Source of the DNA: Octopus vulgaris
Lineage: Eukaryota
DNA: 64,000 nucleotides
Assembly: GCA_951406725.2 (NCBI GenBank)
Contig: OX597836.1
Location: 10,478,001-10,542,000 of the forward strand
Reading direction: 5' to 3'
Shown: positions 12,477 to 26,737 of the stretch, piece by piece
Layout of the letters: every line of letters starts with the position of its first letter
Numbering within the stretch: the stretch's first letter is position 1
The notes under the pieces: model-generated
Told to the model about the DNA's origin: nothing
The model's database searches: none
Seen by the model: only the letters and a program-made list of their open reading frames with translations
Program-made: the position numbers and the translations under genes

Positions 12477-12682
12477 GTAAGTTTTTCCAAACTATTTTTT
12501 CTTTTTCTTCCTTTACTATTTACTTACTACACTTTCGCATGGCCTCGGTTCTTTAATACTAGTGCAAAAAATACAAAAACACGGGGGGGAAAAAACTTAT
12601 AAAAACCCGTAATGTTAGGTGGACGCGAACATCGACCGGTGGACATAATAGAATCGTAGAAATTTAATTCACTTTAACTCAC

Positions 12683-12756
<74 letters not shown>

Positions 12757-12759
<3 letters not shown>

Positions 12760-12943
12760 TATTGGAGGGAAACTACTACGTGGACACCCTTATGCTAGAA
12801 ATAGATCCGCTATGGTCTTACCACTAAGAAATGTTCTCAAGAAAAATTTACCAAAACAACCGAGAACATTTCTTAGTGGTAAGACCATAGCGGATCTATT
12901 TCTAGCATTAGGGTGTCCACATAGTAGTTTCCCTCTAATATGT
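12757..12943. mobile_element. MITE/fold-back element, 82 bp arms, 23 bp spacer
   Basis: ACATATTGGAGGGAAACTAC...GAAATGTTCTC pairs with GAGAACATTTC...GTAGTTTCCCTCTAATATGT, 3 mismatches. Confidence 0.8.
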
Positions 12944-13057
12944 ATATAATACAATTTTAATGAACCTTCAGTTTTTGTTTTATATATGCTAGACCACTGG
13001 TGTGAAATCGATGTTAATTAAATTAATATCTAATTCTCACCGATATATATATATAAA

Positions 13058-13105
<48 letters not shown>

Positions 13106-13343
13106 GTACATACGTGTAAACACTGTACCATTTAACATACATTGTGTGATGTTGTGTTCTTCTCTTCCGATATGACTCGGTTCTTAGTCACAGAAGTTGC
13201 GAAGACTTTTAGCGAACACAATTAGTAAACATGTATTTTTCTGATTCACTTACATGTGTAAGAATTTGTGTGTCTGTGTGTTTATGTGTTCGTGTGTACG
13301 TGTGTACGTGCGTGAGTATGTGCGTGTGTGTTGTTGGGGGGGG

Positions 13344-13885
<542 letters not shown>

Positions 13886-14276
13886 CGGCGATCTTTCGTT
13901 TTGAGTAGTTAGAATTTAAATAAATGTTTGGCACACGTACTTGTATACACAGGCTTGCATGTATGTATGTATGTATTACATGTACGTATGTATGTATGTG
14001 TGTATGTATGTATGTATGATTGTTTGTATGTATGTGTGTATGTATGTATGTGTGTATGTATGTGAGTATGTATGTATGTATATATGTATGTTACGTATGT
14101 ATGATTGTTTGTATATATGTATGTATGTGTGTATGTATGTATGTATGTTCGTATATTCTTTTATTCTTACGTTTCACTCATTTCACTATTTAGTGTAAAC
14201 AGCCAGTCTCGCGCTTCACACATGCTCTTACATACACACAACACACACAACACACACACATACATACATACATACA

Positions 14277-14309
<33 letters not shown>

Positions 14310-14453
14310 TCATACATACATAAACACATACATACATACAAACATACATACATACACGCACGCCTATGTATAGATATGTGTTTAAATGTACGCTAATTTT
14401 ACATGTATATGTATGTGTATGCGTGTATACTTGCTTGTATGCATGTATATATG

Positions 14454-14535
<82 letters not shown>

Positions 14536-14565
14536 ATGTGTGTGTGTGTGTGTGTGTGTCTGTAC

Positions 14566-14599
<34 letters not shown>

Positions 14600-14940
14600 C
14601 TGTACGTATACATATGTATTGTAAGTATACATACCTACAAATGATTTTAGCGTGTATAAAGAGTATACACGTCCAATTGCATTTTCACCACCACCACCAC
14701 CACCATCACCACCACCACCACCACCACCACCACCACCACCACCCTCCACCACCACCGGTGTGTGATCTCTTATACACCTATCTGTTACCGAACGCGAACC
14801 GAGAACCGAGACAGCTTATTAAGATAAATAACATGAAATGAGTTTACAAGTTTCGTTTGTTGGAGTGTGATTGTACATAATTTCTATAACGAATTGTTTA
14901 CGCGTCAAGCTCCAGATAATATATATACATATATATATAT

Positions 14941-15020
<80 letters not shown>

Positions 15021-15418
15021 TATTTGTTTATCTGTTTAGTTTCAATATTTTTAGTAGAAACGAATTCACGTCACCCTGAAGGGGTTCCTTCATTCTTCTT
15101 TAGTGCAGGACAAGTTTTATTCTTCCATAACAACATCGTCGACTGTGACTTCGCAGTTTCGGGCTAATCAAGCCATTATCGGACTGCCCAAAAAATGTCT
15201 ATGTACGTATGCATGCATGTATGTATGCATGAGTGTATGTATATATGCATATATATATATACATATATATATATATGTACATACATACATGTATATGTGT
15301 ATGTATACATGCATATGTTTGTGTGTGTATTTGCATATGTGTCTACATACTACTGTAAGCAGTTTGCTCTTAGTGTGTTTATATATGCATAAATGCAAGT
15401 AAGTATGTGTGTGTATGA

Positions 15419-15507
<89 letters not shown>

Positions 15508-15629
15508 TATTTGAATATACATATATGTGTGTATTTATGTATGTATGCGTGTGTCTATGTATGTATGTGTATATACACATATATTTGTATTTGTATATAT
15601 ATTTGTATATATACACAGAAGTGTACATA

Positions 15630-16030
15630 GAAGTGGCTGTGTGGTAGGTAGCTTGCTTACGAACCACATGGTTCCGGGTTCAGTCCCACTGCGTGGCACC
15701 TTGGGCAAGTGTCTTCAACTATAGCCTCGGGTCAACCAAAGCCTTGTGAGTGAATTCGGTAGACGGAAACTGGAAGAAGCCCGTCGTATATATGTATATA
15801 TGTATGTGTGTGTATGTTTGTGTGTCTGTGTTTGTCCCCCCAAACATCGCTTGACAACCGATGCCGGTGTGTTTACGTCCCCGTAACTTAGTCGTTCGGC
15901 AAAAAACGACTGATAGAATAAGTACTAGGCTTACAAAGAATAAGTCCTGGGGTCGATTTGCTCGACTAAAAGGCGGTGCTCCAGCATGGCCACAGTCAAA
16001 TTACTGAAACAAGTAAAAGAGTAAAAGAGT
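15630..16030 (+). mobile_element. SINE family B, full length
   Basis: Same head, CORE-like body, internal microsatellite and tail as 4366-4825. Confidence 0.92.
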
Positions 16031-16424
16031 ATATGTTTATACAGAGACATATATACACACATACACGCACACACACATATACATACACGTATTAATGCAT
16101 GTGTATATATACACGTACACAAGAACACATGTGATTTATAAATAACGCTGAAAAGTATACACACGAGTGCGTTAGCATATTTGGAAGTATGTAGCGAGAG
16201 AGAACGAGAGAGAGAAAAACAGAGAGAGAAAGAGAGAGAGAGAGGGGGAGTGAAAAAAGTGCGCGCAAGAGAGAGAGAGAGAGCGCGGGAAGGAGAGAGA
16301 GTGAGAGAGAGGGTAGGAGGAGGAAAGAGTGGGAGATAGACTAACAAATGTAAACATGGTTTTCATGTTATTCGTGAATGTGTAGAGAGAATCGACTTGG
16401 CTTTTACGATTCTGTGTTTCTTAT

Positions 16425-17072
16425 ACTTTACTCTTTTACTTGTTTCAGTCATTTGACTGCGGCCGTGCTGGAGCACCGCCTTTTTAGTCGAGCAAATCGA
16501 CCCCCAGGACTTATTCTTTGTCAGCCTAGTACTTATTCTATCGGTCTTTTTTTTTGCCGAACCGCTAATGTTACGGGGACGTAAACACGCCAGCATCGGT
16601 TGTCAAGCGATGTTGAGGAGGACAAACACAGACACACAACCACACACACACACACACACATATATATATACATATATACGACGGTCTTCTTTCAGTTTCC
16701 GTCTACAAAATCCACTCAAAAGGCTTTAGTCGGCCCAAGGCTTATAGTAGAAGACACTTGCCCCAGGTGCCATGCAGTGGGACTGAACCCGGTACCATGT
16801 GGTTGGTAAGGAAGTTATTTACCACACAGCCACTCCTACGCCTATGTTTACAAAATAAATGCAAGATTTAAAAAAAACTGTCAACTTTTATTTTACTCTT
16901 TTACTTGTTTCAGTCATTTTGACTGCGGCCATGCTGGAGCACCGCCTGTAGTCGAGCAAATAGACCCCGGGACTTATTCTTTGTAAGCCCAGTGCTTATT
17001 CTATCGCTCTCTTTTGCCGAACCGGGGACGTAAACACACCAGCATCGGTTGTCAAGCAATGCTAGGGGGACA

Positions 17073-17109
<37 letters not shown>

Positions 17110-17285
17110 GATAGATATAGATATATACGACAGGCTTCTTTCAGTTTCCGTCTACCAAATCCACTCACAAGGCATTGGTCGGCCCGGGGCTATAGCAGAA
17201 GACACTTGCCCAAGATGCCACGCAGTGGGACTGAACCCGGAACCATGTGGTTGGTTGGCAAGCTACTTACCACACAGCCACTCCA
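16425..17285 (-). mobile_element. Two adjacent full-length SINE family B copies (about 16425-16845 and 16890-17285)
   Basis: Each runs from the tail TTACTCTTTTACTTGTTTCAGTC to the head CACACAGCCACTCC. Confidence 0.92.
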
Positions 17286-18244
17286 TATTCATTATATATA
17301 TTGTTTCCGGTATAAATTAATATTACGAAGAAATATTACCGGTCCCTGTCACATTGGAAAGAAAAAAAAACTGCTGGTAAATAGTTTGGGTCGCACTGGC
17401 TTAGAAGGAGTGAGAGACTCCCTAGTTATTGTTTAAATATCTCTCTGTAAGAGAAAGAAATTCCGAAGCCGGAAATTTATCTCGTATTAGTTTCTGGGCT
17501 CCATGGCTTCGGAGGTGAGAATCTTAGCGGTGTTGTGTAAGTTGCTGTGGACGGTAGATATATAAACACGGCCATTGTTGACAGCCATTGTCGTTAACGA
17601 ATAGGGATAACATCATCTCTCTGTCGTCGTATTTATTTACGAGTTGACAGACACCGTGTGCGTGCGTGCGTGTGTGTGTGTGTGTATGTGTGTGTATGTG
17701 TGTGTGTATGTATGTGTGTGTGTATGCATGTATGTATGTATGTATGCATGTATGTATGCGTGTATGTATGTATGTATGTGTGCGTATGTATATGTGTGTG
17801 AATGTATGTATGTGTATGTATGCGTGTATGTATGCGTGTGTATGTATATGTGCTTGTATGTATGTATGCGTGTATGTATATGTATGTATGTATATATGTG
17901 TGTGTGTGTATATGTATGTATATGTGTGTGAATGTATGTTTGTATGTATGTATGTATCTGTATGTATATATGTATGTATGTATGTATATATGTATGTATG
18001 TATATATGTATGTATGTATGTATATATGTATGTATATATGTATGTATGTATATATGTATGTACGTATGTATGTATGTACGTATGTATGTATGTATGTATG
18101 TATGTATGTATGTATGTATGTATGTATGTATGTATATGGATGTCTATGCATATGAAAGTATGTGTGTGTGTACGAATGTATATCTGCACATGAATATACG
18201 TAGGGTTCTATGTACGAGCATGCATGTATACATGTATACATATA

Positions 18245-18294
<50 letters not shown>

Positions 18295-18579
18295 CGCGCG
18301 CGTGTATGTGTCTGTGCGTCTGTGTCTGTTTAGCATCCGTCTCTGTGCATCTGTAACGTTTTACGCAAAATTCCCATTCATAACAAACCCATGTCTTCGT
18401 AAAGTCATTAAATTCTTTCTGCTTTTGCATCGGGTTTAGCAGCTGGTGCCAATGTGCAATACATACTATACACGTAATGCGTGTATATGCCTTGCATAGA
18501 CATGTAAGAATGTATACTCCCACACCTCCTCATTCTTACATATCTGTATTCGGGTATTCTGTTATTCTTTCATTCTGTT

Positions 18580-18883
18580 ATCCTTTTACTGGTTTCAGTT
18601 ATTAAACTGCGGCCATGCTGGAGCAGCGGCTTTAGTCGAACAAATCGACCGCAGGACTTATTTTTTGTAAGCCTAGTACTTATTCTATCGGTCTATTTTG
18701 CCGGACTGCTAAGTTACGGGGACGTAAACACGCCAACATCAGCTGTCAAGCGATGTTGGGGTAACAAACACAGACACAAATATAAACATACATACATACA
18801 TATACATATATATATATATACATACATATATATATATATATATATACACCCCCCCACACATATATGTATATATGTATGTATGT

Positions 18884-18942
<59 letters not shown>

Positions 18943-19195
18943 CTTCTTTTTGTCTGCGTTTGTTCCTTTCCCATCGCTTGAAACCAATGTTGGTGTGTTT
19001 ATGTCCCAGAAACGTAGCGGTTCGGCAAAAGAGAGGCCGATAGAATAAGTACTAGGCTTACAAAGAACAAGTCCTAGGGTCGATTTGCTCGACTAAAGGC
19101 GGTGCTCTAGCATGGCCACAGTCAAATGACTGAAACAAGTAAAAGAGTATATACATGCATACATATACATACATACATACATATATATATATGCC

Positions 19196-19268
<73 letters not shown>

Positions 19269-19450
19269 ACATTGCCTGTCACCACAAATTGGAAATTGTC
19301 AGGCAACTGCTTCTGAGTTTTGTAAACAGTTCTCACATGTGAAGATATTTTGACCTGCTGGCTTTTCATAGCATGCTGTCTCCAGTTTCCTAAAGCAGAA
19401 CGGCGATGCATGTGTGCGTGTGTGGCGGTGGTGGTGTGTGGTGTGGTGTG

Positions 19451-19489
<39 letters not shown>

Positions 19490-20170
19490 TGTGTGTGTGT
19501 GTAAACATATAAGTACATACATACATATACATACATACATAGATATATATCCCGCTTTCTCTTTCTCTTTTACTTGTTTCTGTCATTTGAGAGCGGCCAT
19601 GCTGGAGCACCGCCCTTTAGTCGAGCAAATCGATCCCCAGGACTTATTCTCTGTAAGCCAAGTACTTTGTTCTATCGGTCTTTTTTGCCGAACCGCTAAG
19701 TTACGGGGACGTAAACACACCAGCATCGGTTGTCAAGCGATGTTGGGGGGGGACAAACACAGCCACACAAACATATATACACACATACATATATATACGA
19801 TGGGCTTCTTTCAGTTTCCGTCGACCAAATCCACTCACAAGGCTTTGGTTGGCCCGAGGCTATAGCAGAAGACACTTGCCCAAGGTGTCACGCAGTGGGA
19901 CTGAACCCGGAACCATGTGGTTGATAAGCCCGTCGTATATATGCATATATACGTATGTGTGTGTATATGTTTGTGTATCTGTGTTTGTTATATCTCCCCC
20001 CCCCCCCCAACATCGATTGACAACCGATGCTGGTGTGTTTACGTCCCCGTAACATTAGCGGTTCGGCAAAAGAGACCCGATAGAATAAGTACCAGGCTTA
20101 CAAAGAATAAGTCCTGGGGTGCTCCAACATGGCCACAGTCAAATGACTGAAACAAGTAAAAGAGTAAAAC
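18580..20170. mobile_element. Cluster of SINE B copies/halves in alternating orientation (18580-18790 -, 18945-19150 +, 19560-19925 -, 19927-20170 +)
   Basis: Recurrent GGGGACGTAAACAC(A/G)CC / GGTGTGTTTA(C/T)GTCCC and tail motifs. Confidence 0.85.
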
Positions 20171-20210
20171 AGTATACACGTACACACTCGCACACTTATA
20201 CACACACACA

Positions 20211-20255
<45 letters not shown>

Positions 20256-20740
20256 ACACACACACGCACACACACGTACACACACACACACTACTACATC
20301 TGTGTCGAACACAACCTTGATTGAAAAAAAAATTGCTGTTTTCATAATGTCTCGTATGTATTGCCAATTCTTAGAATACAGATGCCCAACCCCGTATTTT
20401 TTGGGTTTTTGGCTGTAACATACACCACCAGACTCTATCTGCCCGCCTCCTCTTATCTTACCCATCCTTTTGAACACGACCTTTGCTTATCTACCTTACC
20501 TCTGGGTGGTATCCACCCCCACATTAAATACCTCTGATTTTTTTATGCTACAAAATATGGTGAGGCTTATAATTGGACGTTGTGTACAAACATGCACACA
20601 TACATACACACACTCACACATACACATACATATGCACACTTACACACGTATATAAATGGTATCTCTCTCTCTCTCTCTTTCTCAGTATTCTATATATATA
20701 TATGTACATGTGCGTGTATATATGTATGTATATGTATGTG

Positions 20741-20772
<32 letters not shown>

Positions 20773-20779
20773 ATGTACT

Positions 20780-21045
<266 letters not shown>

Positions 21046-21216
21046 TATATATATATATACACGTACATAAATTCGTTGTATTTCTTTTCTTGTTTTTCGT
21101 ATTTGGCGCTTCATCTTAATGCCTCAGAAAGGAGATAAAAATTTATTCAAATTTCATAAACGATAAAAAAAGTTGTAGTAGAAGAATAGAGCTTACATTA
21201 GTAGAAGAATAGGGCT

Positions 21217-21287
<71 letters not shown>

Positions 21288-21298
21288 GCACACACATG

Positions 21299-21529
21299 CA
21301 GTGTTGGCCAAAAGTCACCCAACAGTAAATCAAAATTCCATAAATACTATCTGTAATTCTGTATTGACTCCAATGGAAAAAATGTGTCACTCAGGGATTC
21401 CAGTTTGAACAATTTTCATGATGTTTCATATTTAGATGCTTTTATTAAATTCATTCAGCTGTTAAACATAAATAAAACTTGGAATTAAATGGGTTTGATT
21501 TACTGTCAGGTGACCTTTGACCAACCCTG
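21299..21529. mobile_element. Tc1/mariner-type MITE, about 36 bp imperfect TIRs
   Basis: Left CAGTGTTGGCCAAAAGTCACCCAACAGTAAATCAAA; right (rc) CAGGGTTGGTCAAAGGTCACCTGACAGTAAATCAAA. TA follows the right end. Confidence 0.8.
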
Positions 21530-21566
21530 TATATTTACACACACACACACAGACACACATACACAC

Positions 21567-21625
<59 letters not shown>

Positions 21626-21629
<4 letters not shown>

Positions 21630-21782
21630 CGTAGGAGTGGGTATGTGGTAAACAGCTTGCTTACGAACCACATGGTTCCGGGTTCAGTGTGGCACCTCAG
21701 GTAGGTGTCGTCTACTATAGCCTCGGGCCGACCAAAACCTTGTGAGTGGATTTGGTAGACGGAAACTGAAAGAAACCCGTCG

Positions 21783-21837
<55 letters not shown>

Positions 21838-22050
21838 ATATGTTTGTGTGTCTGTGTTTGTCCCTCCCCCAATCATCGCTTGACAACCGATGCTGTTGTG
21901 TTTACGTCCCCGTAGCTTAGAGGTTCGGCAAAACAGACCGATATAATAAGTACTCGGTTCACAAAGAATAAGTCTTGGGGTCGATTTGCTCGGCTAAAGG
22001 CGGTGCACCAGCATGGCCACAGTCAAATGACTGAAACAAGTAAAAGAGTA
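21626..22050 (+). mobile_element. SINE family B, full length
   Basis: Head GGCGTAGGAGTGGGTATGTGG through tail CAAGTAAAAGAG. Confidence 0.9.
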
Positions 22051-22151
22051 TATATACATATATACATACATACATATATTCACATATACAACACATAGAT
22101 ATATCTTAACACTCGTATATATATATATGTTTTTCATTAGAACATCGTGGG

Positions 22152-22238
<87 letters not shown>

Positions 22239-23779
22239 TTATATACATACATACATACGTACATACTTTTATACAAGCGTACGCATCTGTGTGTGCGTGT
22301 GTGCGTGCGTGCGTGTGTGCGTGCGTGTGTTATTCATTAGAATGCCGGTTGTTATTCGGGAGTGTTGAAGGATGGTTCATGTCGGGTCATTCGCAACATT
22401 GTCTTCATATTCTGGCAGACTCCTGCTTTCATAACACGTGGCTTAACTGAGATTAACAGACTAGGAGCAGTCCCACATGTCATTTCTAATTAATGCTTAA
22501 GGCGAATAAATATTCGCTTACTTAATGGCAGCGTGCTTGCAGAATCGTCAAGCTCGCCCACGACAAAAAGGTTAGCGGGAATTCGTACGTTTTTTTTACG
22601 TTCTGAGTTCAAATTCCGTTGAGGTCGACTTTTATCATTTTATCTTTCGGAATCGATAAAATAACTTCCTGCTGAGCACTGGTGTCGAAGTAATCGTCTT
22701 ACCTCGTGTCCTGAAATTTCTGGTTTTGTACCAAAATTAGGAACCAGTATTCGCTTACTTTAGAGGAGGCGCGTGGCTTGGTGGTTAGGGTGTTTAACTC
22801 ATGATCGTAAGGTTGTGGTTTCGATTCCTGGACCGGACGACGAGTTGTGTTCTTGAGCAAAACACTTCGTTTCACGTTGCTCCAGTCCACTCAGCTGGCA
22901 AAAATAATCCTGCCACAGACCGTCCAGGTGGGGAATTTCTACGCCACTGAAACCGGGAAACCGGCTCCTTACATCGATCCCCCTCCTCCCAGTGTTTAAC
23001 TGGTACTTATTTTATCGATCCTGAGAATATAGTATGTAAAGTCGACCCCGGCGGAATTTGAACTCAGAACGTACCGGCGGACGAAATGCCGCTAAGCATT
23101 TTAGCCCGGCGTGCTAAGGGTTCAGCCAGCTCGTCGCCCTACAGCAGCCAAAAGATTCGCTCTAGCACTTTATAATCCCGAGCAGAAGAGAGAGGGAGAG
23201 AGAGAGAAAGAGAGAGAGAGAGCGAGAGAGAAAGAGAGGAGAGAAAAGAGAGAGAGTGACAGACAGAGACAGAGAGAGAACAGAGGTACCAGGCTGGGGC
23301 AGGGGACTTGCAGAGGGAAGAAGGCGGTGGAAAGAAGTAGCAGGGGATGGAGGCGGCAGAGTAAGTGAATGTCCGTGCGTGTGTGTGTGTGTGTGTGTGT
23401 ATATTTGTATGTGTGCGTGCGTGTGTGTGTGTGTGTGTTGGAATTTGTTTTTGTTTTGTTTTCTGTGAAGACGATGTTTCCTTTTGTTGGATTTCCTCGA
23501 GAGCGAGAAACGACAGCAAGGATAGACAGGCAGACCGGCAGACAGACAGAGAAGCACAGAGAGAGAGGGGAGAGAAAGAGAGAGAGAGGGGAGAGAGAGA
23601 GAGAGAGGGGGTGAGTGAGTGAGAGAGGGAGAGAGTGAACGGGAGGAGAAGAAGAGGTGGTGGTGTTGGTGGGGTCGGGGGGGAAAAGAAAGAAGTTGAG
23701 TGAAAGAAGGCGATGCGTAGATTGCGTGTTGCATGTTGTTGGCAGAGGAACAAGTTTTGGGGAGGAACAGAGGAACGGG

Positions 23780-24221
23780 GGTGGAGGTGGTAGTGGTACT
23801 GGCGGTGGTGGTGGTGGTGGTGATGGCGGTGGTGGTGGTGGTGGTGGTGGTGGTACTAGTGATGGTTGTTTGTTGTTGTGGTAGTATAAGTGATGGAGGT
23901 GGTGGCGGTTGTGGCGGTGGTGGTTGTGGTGGTGGTGTTGGTTGCGTTTGTTGTTGTGGTAGTATAAGCGATGGAGGTTGTGGTGGTGGTTGTGGTGGTG
24001 GTGGTGGTGGTTGTGTTTGTTGTGATTGTGGTGGTAGTAGTGTTGGTGGTGTATTGTGGTGTTACTAATGATAGTGGTGGTAGTGGTGATGGTAATGATG
24101 GTAGTTGTGGTGTTGGTGGTGGTAGTGATAGTGCAGGTTGTGGTTGTGGTGGTTGTAGTAGCGTGATCGTGGTAAGGGCTGTGGTAGCAGTGGTGATGGT
24201 GGCGATGTAGTGGTTGTGGTG

Positions 24222-24271
<50 letters not shown>

Positions 24272-24440
24272 GATGACTGGTGATTCATGGTACTGAAGGT
24301 GGGGGTAGCGGTGAAGTTGATGCCGTTGCGATATTGGTGGTTGGTGGTGGTGGTGGTGGTTGGAGCAACATGGTGGTGGTGGTGGCGGTGGTAGTGTTGG
24401 TGATGGTAATGGTGTGGATGAGGGTGGTGGTGGTGAGGTA
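23780..24440. repeat. Degenerate (GGT/GTA/GTT)n trinucleotide field
   Basis: Read directly; source of the 441 aa His/Pro/Thr pseudo-ORF. Confidence 0.92.
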
Positions 24441-24645
24441 GTAAGCGGGTACCTGAGGTGGATATTATACACAATAACCTGCGCGTGTGTGGCAAAACGG
24501 GTACTAATGCCTTCTACCCAGGGAAATGTAATGTGTATGTGAAATTTTAACGACTGTCTGTCTGTGTGTCTACCTCTTTTGTTCTCCGACCCTCTCCTTT
24601 TCTTTCTTTTTCACCTTAACCCCTTAACCCTCTTTATATATATAT

Positions 24646-24809
24646 CATCATCATCATCATCATCATTTAACGTCCGTTTTCTGTGCTAGCATGGGTTGGA
24701 CGGTTCGACCGGGGATCTGGGAAACCAGGAGGCTGCACCAGGCTCCGGTCTGATCTGGCAGTGTTTCTATGGCTGGATGCCCTTCCTAACGCCAACCATT
24801 CCGAGAGTG

Positions 24810-24810
<1 letters not shown>
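24646..24810 (-). mobile_element. 3' part of another SINE family with a (GAT)n tail
   Basis: Minus strand GTTGGCGTTAGGAAGGGCATCCAGCC...CCAACCCATGCTAGC...GGACGTTAAATGATGATG. Confidence 0.7.
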
Positions 24811-24873
<63 letters not shown>

Positions 24874-25242
24874 TTTTATTCTTTTATTTGTTTCAAGTCA
24901 TTTGACTGCGTCCGTGCTGGAGCACCGCCTTTAGTCGAATAAATCGACCCCAGGACTTATTCTTTGTAAGCCTGATATTCTATCGGTCTCTTTTGCCGAA
25001 CCGCTAGGTTACCGGACGTAAACACACCAACAACAGTTGTCAAACAATGGCGGTAGGGGGGGGAGTACAAACACAGACACACAAACTCACACACACACAC
25101 ACACACACAAACAAATTCTCTCCCCCTCTCTCTATATATATATGTGTGTGTGTGTGTATATATATATTGATAGAAATGGTAAGACAACAAAAGAAAGAAA
25201 GAGACCTCCATATAATGTAAATAGAGGAATTTATCTCTAAAA

Positions 25243-25348
25243 GTAATATGTGACATTTATTCGGTAGCCATGATAAAACTCCGAGTTTCCACCTCGGCAT
25301 CCGAAACTCGGAGTTTTATCATGGCTACCGAATAATCGTCACATATTA
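25243..25348. repeat. Inverted repeat (about 47 bp arms) in a Penelope-like remnant
   Basis: GTAATATGTGAC..TTATTCGGTAGCCATGATAAAACTCCGAGTTTC pairs with GAAACTCGGAGTTTTATCATGGCTACCGAATAA..GTCACATATTAC. Confidence 0.85.
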
Positions 25349-25382
25349 CATTTACAGATAGACATATATATATATATATATA

Positions 25383-25578
25383 TATAACATAAGGGGGATC
25401 AGCCTCCCCGTATCTTCGGGGAGGCTGATCTCCCTTTGCAGGCTGGCAAGGACACCGAGATGGTGTCAGCTCTTCTGGTGACGTTGATGTTCGCCTGGGG
25501 CTAAATGCATCAGTAACACCCCCACCACCCCGCCCTGACCCTAGCCACATTCAGATGGCTGATCCCCCTTATGTTATA
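25383..25578. mobile_element. GC-rich MITE-like element with 22 bp perfect TIRs and an internal third copy
   Basis: TATAACATAAGGGGGATCAGCC ... GGCTGATCCCCCTTATGTTATA, with internal GGCTGATCTCCCTT at about 25423. Confidence 0.7.
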
Positions 25579-26737
25579 GAGCAGTTACTGTTTATATCTC
25601 GCTCAGAGATTTATTATTGTTATATATATATATATATATACACTTTAGATGTTAGGTTTCTTTCCCTAACCTACGCACTTTAATGTGTGAAAAACAAAAT
25701 AGGAATTTTGATAAAACAAGTTTTTAAACATCGAATGGTTATGGGAGGTGGGTGGCATTTGAACTCAAAACGTATTTCGCCCGACGTGCTAACGTTTCTG
25801 TCAGCTCGCCGCCTTACACATGAGGAAATATCTCGCAGAGATGGGAACGTAAACAAACCAACACTGGTTGCGAAGCAGTGTGGTGGAGACAAACGCAAAA
25901 ACACACACAAACAGACACACACACAGACAGACAAACAGACACACACACACACACGTAGCTATTCATATATTTACAACGAGATTCCTTACAGTTTCCGTCA
26001 ACCAAATCCAGACAAAAGGTATTAGTCGGCCCAGGACTATTGTAGAAGACGCTTGGTCAAGGCGCGGTACAGTGAGACTGAACCCGAAACCATGTGGTAA
26101 TGAAGTAAACTTCTTAACCACACAGCCATGTCTGAGTCCAGCAATCCATCCATGCCTCCGCCTTGTCATATAATGCACGTTACACACGACTACAAGAACC
26201 TACAACGAGGCTTCTGTGTTTGACCTGCTAGAAATAGCAACTAAAATTCTCTCAAATCAAACATTGCCACCTGAAAAAAAAAAGCAAAAAAAAAAATAAA
26301 CGGAAGATATTTTAATAATTGCAGTCCAATGTTCATTGTGTCTGAAAACAAAAAAAAATTTTTAATTAAAAAATGGAAATGAAAGGCTAGAACGCCCTTG
26401 ATTAGATTGCAGGTCGCCTTGATCTGGATGGACTTAATGATAGAGGACAACAATAGTGACAGCGTTATCATTAAAACTGATAAAACAAGAGGTCACGTGT
26501 ATACTTACATACACACAGCGCACCCTCGTTTTGTTAGCCTGTCATTATTACATTTCATATTGAACCCCCCTTATATTCAGCGATGACAAGCTCTGGAAGC
26601 CCTGTATTTAACTGCCATCACTCACATCACACAACAACCCGTCAGCTGACCAGACTAGACAGGTCCCTTAATATAAGCACTGAGCTAGAACCGACCCCGT
26701 GATTAAGTTGGTCATTGCATTCACTAACACAAAAAAT

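Noticed and set aside
15985-16025. SINE B tail hairpin CAGTC-AAAT-(G/T)ACTG-AAAC as a hammerhead
   Set aside because: No CUGANGA-like core upstream; better explained as a LINE-derived 3' recognition stem-loop.
23280-23366. AGA|GTAAGT donor-like site after a purine-rich stretch
   Set aside because: It lies in low-complexity GA/GT sequence with no supporting acceptor or promoter evidence.
23170-24495. Longest ORF (441 aa, His/Pro/Thr-rich) and the many [16 protein letters not shown] ORFs
   Set aside because: Stop-free translations of microsatellites, with no domain-like sequence or exon structure.
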